A DNA stretch of 64,000 bases, taken from NCBI RefSeq assembly GCF_009914755.1, contig NC_060934.1; one strand, written 5' to 3'. The notes under the pieces are model-generated. The model worked only from the letters and a program-made list of their open reading frames with translations, was not told the origin of the DNA and did not search any database. The translations under genes were made by a program, and so were the position numbers. Positions 48,010 to 61,220 of this stretch are shown piece after piece. Position 1 is the first letter of the stretch. Each line of letters starts with the position of its first letter. The DNA is from the human T2T-CHM13v2.0 reference genome, Homo sapiens.

Positions 48010-48720
48010 GGGGTTATTGAGTGCTTAGGCACAGCACTGAGACTGGCAAGCAAAATCAGACAGGCCCCTGCTCTTGCGGAGCTTGTGGTTTGGATGGAGG
48101 AGCAAGTATTCATCAAATCCAAATCAACCTGAAAGCATGACTGCAACAGGCACAGCAGGGGAGAGAAAGGTGGACACCACCGATTGGTCATGACATCGGG
48201 CTGGCTTCCAGAGGACATGCAGGTAAGGGGCTACAGGTCAGGTCGGTGAGGGTCATGGCCACTTGGCAGGATGGAATCCACAGGCATGGGCAGGGATCCC
48301 AAAGCAGTAGGCACATGGTGGCAGAGGGTGGGACAGAGTGGGAAGGAGATGGAGTGCAGGGTGCAGGACCCAGGGCCTCGGGGCCTTTTGCACCACAATA
48401 AAAATGGTCCTTATTCCAAGAACAACTGGAAGGCATGGAAGGGTCTTAAGCAGGGGTGGTGTGGTCCGAGCAGGTCATTCTGGCTGTAGATGGAGATGAG
48501 AATGAGGAAGGTACAGTTGGGCTATTGCAGGAGTCCAGGCCAGCATGTCAGTGGCTAGAGAGAAGAGGCTGGGCCCCAAAGATGGTGAGGAAGCAAATCA
48601 GAAGGACTTACTCATGGTTGGACATTGGAGTGAGGGAAGGCAGAAAGACTCCAGGTTTCCAGCGTGGCTGACAACAGCGGTGTCGTTGCTGACATGGAAC
48701 AGCATTCCTGAGTTCAGAGC
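48010..48720 (-). mobile_element. L2 LINE fragments
   Basis: TTATTGAGTGCTTAGGCACAGCACT...CCCTGCTCTTGCGGAGCTT...GAAGGGTCTTAAGCAGGGG...GACTCCAGGTTTC. Confidence 0.72.
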
Positions 48721-51700
48721 GATGGCGGGCTCTAGGTCGGGGTTCACTGGGCCCCCCTGCCTCCCTAGGCCCAGTCTAGAACTCAGATTTCTGCATTGCT
48801 CTGGGAAGTGAATTCATGACTTGGATCTGATTCCTCTGCCCGATCCTGGGACCTCAGGAGCTCTGGATGGGGCTGGTCATGAGCCAGGGATGTGTGTGGG
48901 ACCTGGGCACCATCTCTTTCCACTGTATCCCCACCCTACATTCCCAGTCACCAAAATGTGCCTCCTCTGAGGACTCTGTGTCCTCTTGCTGCACCCCTGA
49001 CACTGCCTCTTGCCTGGTTGGTGTCCACACTTGCCTCTCACCATGCCCCTAGGAGCCAAGTCTCAACTTTCTGTCACACCTTCTAGCACATCTGGATCAG
49101 CAGCTGTGCTGATCCCTGGGTCCCAGCTGGTCTCATTCTGCCCACTCCTCTACATCTTCTCTCTCCCCCTGCCAGGCCCTCCTGGTGAAAGGCCTAACAT
49201 CGAGGTCCAGTATGACCTGTGCCTTGACATCTGGGGAAAATGATGAGGGCCTTGGATGGCCTATCATATTTCCTCTCCCATGCTGCTCCCTCAGATAAGC
49301 TCCCCCAGCCAAACAGCCCTCCTTATCATGGGATCACAGGAAACCAAAGTCACCCCGCCCTCTTTTTACTACAAAGCCTGCCTCCCACAGACCCAATGTG
49401 TTCACACGGTTCCTCAGTGCAGTCCTCACGGAGCCCTCCTCCCTGGAGCCATGAGCGTATGTGGCTAATAAACAGCTGTTGACCTCAACTGTCCAGTGCT
49501 GGGTATCATGTGTGGGCATTTCCATCACGCTAGAGCAGCAATCCTTCCCTCACCACCAGGGTGAAGAGGAGGCCATTAAAACAGCCTTTTATGGAATAAC
49601 TTTACGCTGAGTAACTCTTAGACATGCGGGAATGACAATCACTTGGATGAGCAAATATTACACCTTTCTTTCTTAAAAACCCAGCAAACTCCAAAAGACC
49701 GTGAGTGGTGGTTTTCACAGGGATGCTCATGACAACTTCTTGCACACCCATAGGCTCTGATGCTACAGGCCTGGGTGAGGCCTGGAGACCTATTTCTGTG
49801 GTAGGCTTGATCGGTGATTCAGATGCACCCCTCCAGTTGACAACTGCTGCCAACTCAAAGCTATTTATCTTGCTCTGTGGTTGCAGGAAAATCTCGTCTC
49901 CATGGCGCATGATGTGCGGTTGCTGCTCAGCCATGATACTCAGGCCTCTTAACGATATCTCCCCAGGAGGTGCTCCTTCTAAGCAAAACCAAAAACCAGT
50001 GCCAGACGCCTGTCTCTCAGACCTGGCTCCTTTATTCAGATCAGGATACCGATGCCCAAAGGTGCCCACCATGACACCCATGGCGAGGTAGAAGGGCTCA
50101 AACACCTCAGAGGGGGAATTCATTGAAATCATGGGTAGGTCTCCTCATTCCACTCTTCTGAGAATGAGACACGGGGCCTCCTGGACTGTCCCCCACATGT
50201 CCACCCCGATGTCTGATTTCCTCACATCTGGATGAAGTCTTGTTGCCAACTGCCTTGGTACACAAGAGGCAGTAACTGAGCATTCATGCTTTTGAGAGGA
50301 AGCTGTAAAATCTGGCTGATGCATTTCTGTCTGACACAAAGCTATATAGACTGCGAAATCTGCAGTTGAGCTCCTTTCGTAGTACAGTGTTTTACCAATT
50401 ACTTTTTAAATTAGATTATGTTACCAGGTGATAGGCAAAGGCCAAATTAGAGCAGAAACTCATGGAGGGGGAAACAGTTGCTTATTGCACTATTTGTGGG
50501 TGATTGCAGCAAAATTGGGGGTCAAGGCCCAGGGAGCCATGAAGCAGAGTAGAAGATGGCACAGAAGCACAGCGGCTCTTCATAAGAGGACACACAGGTG
50601 TCACACAGTGGCAAGGGCCGGATGGTCTATTTTCTCTCTAATAACATCCTACCCAAGCAGGCACAACAGACTCAAATGCATCCTCTTATGGCCTCCACAG
50701 GAAGCAGGAGTAAATGCGTTTTATTCTCCAGTGATCAGAAAAGCAATGCTGCCTTTTTCCACCACCGCTGTGCACGGCAGGGTGAATGCTAGCTGAAGTA
50801 AACACCAAGCAGACCCCATCCAAGCCACTTCTGGGGGAGCCTCTGTCCCTCTCAACAAGGGAAGCTGAGGAGCAGGTCAGAAGCCTGTTGCTCAAAGCTC
50901 TTGAAGAGCAGAAAGGCAGATGTTTTCCCCATGGGGTTCTCAGCCACTCACACGCTGATTCCCACCCTGCTCCGCAGGTTTGCCTGGGAGGATAAAGTGA
51001 GAGCCTCTGAAGGAGAAATGGCTCCAATAGCTTCTTCATACAAATGATGCCATTCAGTCTATTGAACCACTTCTCCCTGCTGATCCCTGAGCTTGGAAAC
51101 ATAGAGATGAGAAAATAAGTTCCCTACACTCAGAGCCCACGGTCCTGGAGGGAAAAAGGATAAGTCAGCAAGGTCACGTGAAAGGATTGTGGTTGTGGTT
51201 GTGCAATCAACAAAATGCCCTGGAGAGACCTGGGGTGGGGTGGGGCAGGTTGAATCAAGCTTCAGTCAAAAGAAAGAGTTTTATCAACAGAAACATATAG
51301 AAGGGTTTTCAGACAGAAGAGTCTCTGGACAAGGAGAGAGATAGGCAAGGGCTGGGTGCAGAGCACTTGCGAGGCCATGGACCTGGAGAAAAACCCAGAA
51401 GGATAAATCAGACTCTGAGGGGGAAAGGCACTAAATGCTATGCCAAGGAGCTTATATTTTGTCCTCTGGGGACTGATGTGATTTTTGATTGGAGAAGTTG
51501 CATTGATTGGAGATACTCTTATAAATTGTTGAATACATGGCTTCTCCCATGGGCAGGGAGAAATCTATGGGAAGGAGGCAGATGGAGTGAGGTACAATGA
51601 AACGGTTTCTGTAACAAAAGATAATCCACACACTGAAATTCCAAAAATTAGAGCCTTCCTAAAAACCAGGTGTTTCAGGGAAAGTAAACAGATAAATGTG

Positions 51701-52855
51701 GTGTCCCTTCTATACCTTGTTAACAGAGAAGCTGCATTTACAAGTGGCTTCTTCTGGAAGAGAAAATAAATGTAACTCGCACCAGGTTCTGGGATGTTTT
51801 TAAGGGATCCTAGAACAACCCTTCCTTGAATCATGACGAAGGGTATAGGGTTTATTGGGGCAACTAATGGTTTAATTCAGTACTAATGAAATAGAAACTG
51901 TTGTTATGAAGGAAGCAAATCACTGCTTTTGTAAAATCTGGAATAAAAGAACAATCATCCTCAAGTTTTAAGTGAAATATAATTACTTTATCCCACTCAT
52001 CAATCAAAGTTTAAAAACTGAAGGTTGTAAAGGTCAGGTTAAATCGATCAGAAGGGAGAAAATTCCACGCCCCCCGCCATCCGCCCGCTCCTTTTTCCCT
52101 AAACCAAGTGAATCAGTCATTAAAAGTTCCAAGTGACCTTCATCATTTCCCTCTCTATTTACATTTCCCCTAAATGATTTCCCCAGAAATGGCTGAACTA
52201 GACACCTGACTTCCAATCGCCCTCAATCCATAGACCAAGCAGTCTCATCGGCAGACAGGTAGCACAGTGATGGGGAAATGTTACAAAATCTTTTTGTAAC
52301 ATGCAGAATGGGGATCTGAAAGGGACTTTTTACCTCTCTCTGATTTTAAAAGCAGATGTGAGTTTGGACAGAATAGTCACCCTTCCTACATTTGTTTTCT
52401 CCTTTCGTGTTCAGATCCTATTAATCATAGTAAACTAATCTTTTACACAGGCCAACAGATTTCAAAGGCCCTGCCAGGAGGACAATTTAACTATAAGAAA
52501 TCCACTCCCCACCCTTCCCAGTCTTGGAATTTCCAGTGACTGAGGAGGTGAATAGCTTCATTGTGAAAATGAAGGATGCAGAAATGAAAATTCAGAGATG
52601 ACATTCAATTCTGATTTCCTGCTTGGGCTCTATGCACCCTGTTTGGAACAAATACCCCACTGATGGAGCTGCTGCTGGAGGCTACCACCCGCATCACTGA
52701 AGTTTAGAGCAGCTTCATAAAGATCACAGCATCCAAAAGCACCCTTGTTTAAGAGCAAACCAAGAAATGAGGAAGTGGAAGGACCATTCCAAAGATGAAT
52801 CGCTAATTGATGGCAAGGTCAACGCTGGCACTACGTACTTCAATTTAAAAGACAA

Positions 52856-53830
<975 letters not shown>

Positions 53831-54568
53831 CTGCTGTGTGAGCACACCATGGGCTGCCTTAAAACAGAGTGAGTCCCCTGTCCCTGGAGTTTACTATGTG
53901 GCCAGCCCACTCCACAGGGTCTTCCCCATTCCTGCATGGGGATGATGAAGAGGGGTTTAAAACATCAGACATCTCAGAGAAGCTAGACAGAAGGACCTCT
54001 GTGGCCCCTCCCAAGCTGGAGATTCTACGGGCCTACTTATGCCTTTTGAGATACATGCCTGGCCCACGGATTCCTTCTAGAACATTGCCCCACTAGCTCA
54101 TCACCCCCAGGATTGGGCCTCTGGAAGTTGTACATCTAATATCTGACCTTGCCTCCTGACTGATGGTCGGGTCAGCATGGCGCCTGACCCAGCAGTTCCA
54201 GGTAAGGGTCCGCACGCTCTTGCTGCCAGGGCCCAAGTAGCAACCTTGGTTCCTGTCTTTCTACACCCCAGTGCCTCATCTTCCCATGAAGTTCACTGGT
54301 TTCCTTACAACAGTTTCCCTTTGTCTACAATAGTGGGTTTCTGGTCTCCAAACCCAGAGTTTGACCTAAAACTCTGTTCTCTGGGTTTCCCAAAGCCACT
54401 GAGAGGGCTAAGAAAGACTTCATCCTGGTCCCAGACCCTTCTGATGAGCATGGAAACACGGGCTCTAGTCCTGAGCTAAACTCCCTGTTCTTTCCCGAGG
54501 CAGAAAGGCCGGCCATGGAGAGCCCAGAGGGCACAGGTGGCTGCTTAGCCCTCCTTTTGTAGAAAAGG

Positions 54569-54974
54569 TGCAACTGGACTCCCTCCTTGACCAAACCTCA
54601 GCCAGGGTCCTCTGGGCCCTCTTCTTGACTAGGCCTCACCCTTGGCCTGTTTTAAGCCCAGTTTTAGGATTAGTGAGAATCCCTCTGAGCCCACGATTGG
54701 AGAGAATCCTGCTAAGCCAGTTTAGGGGGAATGCCCCCGACCCTTGATGGCTAATCATGTTCACCTTCCCCCACCTTAGATACTAAGCTCCTCTTTTTAA
54801 TTTTCCATCAGCTGAGTTCCTCACTCTGCCTTTCGGCCGTAAACCTCCATCTACCCTTGCTGTATTCAGAGCTGAGCTTAGTCCTGCGCTGAAGGCTCCC
54901 TCCTCCACTGCAGAACTCCAGTAAAATCTGTCTTACCGTTTTAAACAAGTGCCCAGTGCAATTTCTCTTAAACA
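54569..54974 (+). mobile_element. ERV1 solo LTR (MER31/MER67-like)
   Basis: ACTCCCTCCTTGACCAAAC...CCCTCTTCTTGACTAGGCCTC...GAATCCTGCTAAGCCAGTTTAG; TG...CA termini. Confidence 0.8.
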
Positions 54975-55589
54975 GATGGAAACAACCTTGCGGGAAGACA
55001 CAGAAAACATGAGAGGGTGCCTTGGAGAATCAGCCCTGCTGGGAAGCGTGAAACCCATTTAGGTCTGACTCCTTGCCTTCTACTAGAATATACTCAAGGT
55101 TTAGGACTGCCTTCAAGTGTTATTCCATAATCAGCACATATTGGCAGACTAAAAAAAGAGATACAAAGCCAAGAGCTCTGTCTCCCTCCCAACCCAGGGT
55201 TGCCTGAACAATTTCCCTGCAGCCTGCACCGTTAACCTCTAGCCTCCGGCCAACATGGGCTTGATTCCTAAGCCATTAAAGTGCTCAGCCCCTCTCCAGT
55301 AGGCATCCACTGTGGAAGTGCCCGGTCCTAAGATAAAGAGGACCAAGGCATCCACATTTAAGTCACCAGGCCTCGTTGTTCTCACGGCCACCTCTGAGTG
55401 CTCTGAGGAAAACATGGCACTCTTCTCAGTGTCCCCAAACTCCCTGTGGGATGCAAGTAACCAGACAGGTTTTGGGAGCCTGCCTTTGCTGTTCAGACCA
55501 CAAGAAGTGCCTGCAAATGGATTCATGTTCTCACTACAGGCAATTTCTGGGCTAAGTTTTCAAAGAGTTCAAACTAAATATCTGTCACT

Positions 55590-55884
55590 ATCATTCTCAG
55601 TAAACTATCGCAAGAACAAAAAACCAAACACCGCATATTCTCACTCATAGGTGGGAATTGAACAATGAGATCACATGGACACAGGAAGGGGAACATCACA
55701 CTCTGGGGACTGTTGTGGGGTGGGAGGAGGGGGGAGGGATAGCATTGGGAGGTATACCTAATGCTAGATGACGAGTTAGTGGGTGCAGCGCACCAGCATG
55801 GCACATGTATACATATGTAACTAACCTGCACATTGTGCACATGTACCCTAAAACTTAAAGTATAAAAAAAAAAAAAAAAAAAAA
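55590..55884 (+). mobile_element. Young L1PA2-like, strongly 5'-truncated 3' end with poly-A
   Basis: ATCATTCTCAGTAAACTATCGCAAGAACAA...GATGACGAGTTAGTGG (GAG, not L1Hs-Ta ACA)...ACTTAAAGTAT then pure poly-A; CpGs retained. Confidence 0.93.
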
Positions 55885-55890
55885 GCTGGA

Positions 55891-56271
<381 letters not shown>

Positions 56272-57318
56272 TCAAGTAATGTTTTTGTCTTGGGTTGACA
56301 GTGTCAGTTTTGGAAAGGAATTCAGGTCCCTGATATCTTTGCTATAGGCAGGTGGTGGAGAGAAGATATAAATGTGTCTATGTGTGCGTACATGTATACA
56401 TACATGCATATATATCCACATCCACATACATACAAACACACACATAATCTCATGCACTTTTCATCTATAGTGGCTCATCTGCCACATTTATAAATTAAAA
56501 TTAAAATGAGGATTAAGAAATAAAATTGTGACATTAAAACATTCTTTTAGAATTGAATTTGTTAGTCTCTGAATGGAAATAGTCGATTAACCCAGTAGTC
56601 TTATTACAGTTCCATCAGAACATTGGACTAAATCTGTGGGATTTTGCTCACAAAGAGTGGGGCAGGGGAGCTGGTTTTCACATCATTTATGTTAACAAAC
56701 TTAATAAAAGTTATGAACTGTAACCATCTCACCTAGCGTTTTTACAGTTTAGTGGCTAAGAATGGAAGCTTTATAAAAAAGATTTATGAATGCACATATC
56801 CTGCCTATATTTAAATTGCATCCACTTTGTTCTGAGAATATTCATATTTGTCCCATTACTCATCCCTGATGGAGCCCTGCTGCATGCTGGCCTGACCCAC
56901 ATGCTCCACGCTCTGCAGGGAGCTCAGGTCCCAAAGGCACCCCTGAAGTCACCGCTGTGCCTGTGGCATCCTTTAGCCTCACTGCCTGGCTGTTTAGAAA
57001 TTCAAATCAGCTTCAAATCTTGGCAGAGCCACTGAGCTATCATCTCACGTTTGGGGGAAAACTAGGCTCAAAAGTACATTCCATTATTAATAAAAATAAA
57101 AGAGAGAGAGAGAGAGAGTAAATAAAGGCTTGAAAGGGAACCCTGCCTGGGCAGGCCCCAGTCCTTTACCTGCATTGGAAAGACTTTCATTTCTTTCCCA
57201 GGCAGAATGATCTTTGGGGGATGAGAAGAGTCGACTGTGGATCTAGAAAACAAACAGAAATATTTCCCAATTTCATATTTTGATTTGCCAGATATATAAT
57301 CTTTAATAATGTACATTA

Positions 57319-57481
57319 TTTTTTTAATCAGGAACATCCTGGAATTTCTCAATTCTCCTGAGAAACAGATACAGATTGTAATGAGGACTTACTTCCATTT
57401 TCTCCTGGGTTACCTCTATCAATGACTAAAAGGAAGGTTTTTGAGGATTTCAAAATGCACAGGAAAAGAGGGAGGGAGGAA
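57319..57481 (+). repeat. Copy A of a 160-bp local direct duplication
   Basis: Gap-free match to 58770-58934; 17 mismatches over approx. 160 bp by manual count. Confidence 0.95.
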
Positions 57482-58289
57482 AGGAAACTAGAAAAATTCA
57501 GCCAACATTGATTTTGCCGTGGATTTGGTTAGCAGATCAAGGAACCACATCTAATATTTCTCTTCTGGCCCATCACAGTGCTGAATGGGTGCTGGGCTGA
57601 AGCTAGACATTCAATAAATATTGATAAATTGATTAGCTATGAGCCATTCAATTTCAGGCGTTTAGGACCCAGTGAAAACAAGCAGAATGTATAGGAAACT
57701 ATTCTGTTGTCTTCAGGTATGACTGTTTTGCTGACTTTTTCTGCCAAAAGGTAAAGATTTCTTTTGTGATTTTATTCTCAAAGCAGTTTGCTGAGGGTGA
57801 GATTTTGGCTCTGATTTCTAACTTTAGTGAGACTCCAGAACATCTCATTCCATACTGGGTTTGCCTGTCGTCCCTTGGAGTATCCTGTGACCTCGCCCCA
57901 AAGCTGGAGAGCAACTGTCCTGATGGTCCTGTCATCAGCTTGGCATGACTTGAAGGGGCAACACAGTCATAGAGCATGAGCTGGGCTCTAATTGTGAGCC
58001 TCAGTTCATGTCCCAGTCCCGAAGCTGAGTTAAACTTTTTGGTGTTCGGTTCCCATTATCGGCCCCTTCTCATCCCCTGCATCTGGGCAACCAGCTCTGG
58101 GGTTGCAGAGGGGAATCTGTAGTCAAGCACTTCTTCCATCCCAAGGAGAAGTCTGGCTTCCCCCCGATCCCATAGTGGAAGAGACAGAATGGGGTGGGAC
58201 AAGGACCTAACCTGGGCTGAGAGCCAGAGAGTTATTTTCTACCATCTCTGCCCCTCCCCATGGCTCAACTCAGCCACCACCTATCAGCC

Positions 58290-58540
58290 ATGTGATTATT
58301 AATTCTAATAAGTGCTGAAAATTATTGAGACTTCACATATACTGGTTATGTATGCTCAGTGCTTTACATACATCCTCTCATTGAATTCTCCCACCTCTCA
58401 GAAAGGTATGCTTCTTTTAGCTCCACTGTGAAAGCTCAGAAAGCTAAGCCTTCAGTTTGGTAACAGGCCAAGGTCACCTAGCTGGATGTGATGGAGCCAG
58501 GAATCAGATTGGGCCAGCTAGACCCAACACGCTAGCTTTT
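58290..58540 (-). mobile_element. MIR SINE
   Basis: GTGCTTTACATACATCCTCTCATTGAATTCTC...CCAAGGTCACCTAGCT...GGAGCCAGGA. Confidence 0.75.
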
Positions 58541-58576
58541 AGCCAATGTGTTCCAAATGTTGTTTTTGTTACTAAG

Positions 58577-59077
58577 TGCTATGGTCTAAATGTGTCCCCC
58601 AAAATTCATGTGTTGGAAACTTCATCTCCAGTGCAACAGTGTTGAGGGTGGGGCCTAGTGGGAGGTGTTTAAGTCATGAGGACTCTGCCTCATGGATGAA
58701 TCAATGCTGCTGTTTTTAAAAGGGCTTATAGGAGTGGGCTTGCTCGCTTCTGCTCCTCTGCCATGTTTGTTTTTTTTTTAATCAGGAACATCTTGGAATT
58801 TCTTCATTCTCCCAAGAAAGAACTACAGATTGTAGTAAGGATGTACTTCCATTTTCTCCTGGGTTACCTCTAGCAATGAATAAAAGGAATGTTTTTGAGG
58901 ATTTCAAAATGCACAGGAAGGGAGGGAGGGAGGAAGAAGCAAGAAGGCTCTTACCAGATGCAAGTACCTTGATCTTGTACTGCCCAGCCTCCAGAATTGT
59001 GAGGAGTAAGTTTCTGTTGTTTATAAATTACTAAGTCTCAGATGGTCTGTTATAGCAGCACAAAGAAGACTAAGACA
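58577..59077 (+). mobile_element. MST (MSTC/D-like) MaLR solo LTR carrying an internal non-LTR insert
   Basis: TGCTATGGTCTAAATGTGTCCCCC...GACTAAGACA; perfect 5-bp TSD CTAAG at 58572 and 59078. Confidence 0.93.
58770..58934 (+). repeat. Copy B of the 160-bp local direct duplication, inside the MST LTR
   Basis: Matches 57319-57481; sits between LTR GCCATGT and GCAAGAAGGC. Confidence 0.95.
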
Positions 59078-59617
59078 CTAAGTATCATTATTTGGCTATT
59101 TGACTATATCTGGCAATACTTATATAGCCATTATACTTCTATATATCTTTTTCTCTGACTTAGTGTAGACGCGCCATGGGAAATATTGGATAATGCATAA
59201 AAACTTTCAGGGAAGGAAATAAAAATGCTGTAACATTGTATATGGGGCTGGAAAATAATTTAAATCTTAAGTCTGTCAGAAGCAGCAAGTTATCTCTCCA
59301 CTGCTTCACACCAATCAGGTAGATCTGGAGGCTGTCTTGGAGGTGGAGGGATGCAGAGAGAAACTGGCATAGTGGAAATTTTAAGCTTCTTCTCTCCTGG
59401 GTTGTTGTCTTGTGTGGTTCTTTTAAGAAAGATTGTTATGCATATTTTTAATGTAACTCTATCAAGTCTAGCAAGTTAGTTAACCTGGGATATGACAACA
59501 CAGAATTAATTTTCACTTGAAAAGCTCCTGATGCACCACGTAGTTGTTAGTCAAGAGCCCCAGCCTTGCCATTAAGTAACAAACACTGAAGTGCTTTGGT
59601 TTGGATCACAGATGATA

Positions 59618-59633
59618 TCTCTCTCTCTCTCTG

Positions 59634-59681
<48 letters not shown>

Positions 59682-59689
59682 CCCCCCCC
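59618..59689. repeat. (CT)n microsatellite followed by C11
   Basis: Seen directly. Confidence 0.95.
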
Positions 59690-59989
59690 AGCAATTCACA
59701 ATGGATGGCAAATTAACTAAGACCCACAGCGTTCTGCAAATGCCTGGCTTCTCCAAAGCCCGGAACCATGTTCTACAGGCTATGTGCACTATTGATTCAA
59801 GAATTTTCAGCGATGGGGTGATTCAGGAACTTCTTTCGTCAGCTGGACCCCAGGTCTTAGTCCAGTCACAACATCCTGCAAAGACTTGGCGTGGACTCTA
59901 CTTTCTGCTGGTTTCTCCCTGTAATCCTTTCATGCAGAAGAGCCACACTTTCCATTGCCATTAGGGTAAAGTATGATGAGGGCCCTGGT

Positions 59990-60500
59990 GGTGCCCCTGC
60001 TCATCTCTGTGGCATCACTCACTGGGCATCTCTCTCCTGTCACACACTCTATGAGCTCCCCTCATCTCCTTGATTGGTCACACGCTCACCCACCACAGGG
60101 CCCTCGCACGCATTGTCCTATTTGCATAACACATCTTCCTGGTCCTTCTGGAGCTTGGCTCATATGACCTGCCCACATGCGTGTCTCTCCTGACATTGCC
60201 TTCAAACCAAGGTCAGGTTTCTGATTCATAAGCTCCTGCAGAAGCATTCTTTTTCCTTCAGAGCACTTGCCTTGGTTTGTAAATACACACTGATGCATGT
60301 GAATCTACAACCGATGTCTGCATCTTCCCTCAACCATAACCCCCATGAGAAGAAAGTTGTTGGCCTCACTTGCTAATGGATTCCTCCTCACCCAACCAGG
60401 TCTGCCTCCCCCTGAGACCCAGAGGTTGCTGGGAGCAGGGCCTACCTGTACATCTCTGGTGTCCAGCACCATGGTGGGTGTTAATGAGAAACACAGTGGA
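59990..60500 (+). mobile_element. L2 LINE 3' fragments
   Basis: GCTGGGAGCAGGG...TGTCCAGCACCATGGT; CTTCAGAGCACTT. Confidence 0.55.
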
Positions 60501-60509
60501 TGTTTGCAG

Positions 60510-60640
60510 AAGAAAGGAGAGGAGAAAAGATGGAAGGAAGGAAGGAAGTAGTAAGGGAAAAGGTAGAATGGGAGCTTGGGAGGGAGTGGGGAGGGAGGAA
60601 AACAGGGGAGGGGAGGGGAGAGGGAGGGAAAGGGCAGAGT
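60510..60640. repeat. GA/G-rich low-complexity tract
   Basis: GGAAGGAAGGAAGG and repeated GGGA units. Confidence 0.85.
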
Positions 60641-61029
60641 TCCCGATCAAGGTCAGGAGTTAACAGGAGATGCCAGCCTCTGGCCTGCAGTGCCTGGGAT
60701 TTATGTGGCACTCTTTTTACAAGTGGAAATATTTTCCCCAATAAACCAAAGGTTGACTCCAATTTTTACTATTTACTACTCCGAGGGAGAGCCTGATCAG
60801 CCTTTGCTATTTCGTGAGTGATCATTAAGTGACTCCTAACTCAGGCCTTTCAAGACTGTGTCTCCCTTAAGTCTCTGAAGACATTACGGTGTTATTTAGT
60901 GAATGGAAACGGTAGTTTACCAAAGCCACACAATGGGAAAAAAGATTTAAGAACCATTTTTCACCTCTGTTCCCAGTGACTCATAGGCCTGATTTAAGCC
61001 TGGTGTCACGTGAGGAGCTATCATTGAGG

Positions 61030-61220
61030 GCAATTAATCCTCACAGGATCGTCCAACAACTCTGTCACAGAGGCGTGATCATTATTATTTCCACTTTACA
61101 GAGCTGGAAAGTGAGGCACAAAGAGGGTAAGTAACTTGCCCAAAGTCACACCCCCCTAGTAATTTAGTAAAGGACCCCACATTGGAACCCATGCTATTAG
61201 AATCAGTCCTAGGGAATAGA
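61030..61220 (-). mobile_element. MIR SINE
   Basis: TTTACAGAG..GAAAGTGAGGCACAAAGAGGGTAAGTAACTTGCCCAAAGTCACAC. Confidence 0.85.

Noticed and set aside
50092-50140. SEGEFIEIM followed by GTAGGT, resembling an EF-hand exon end
   Set aside because: In-frame TAG just upstream, no polypyrimidine acceptor and no EF-loop residues
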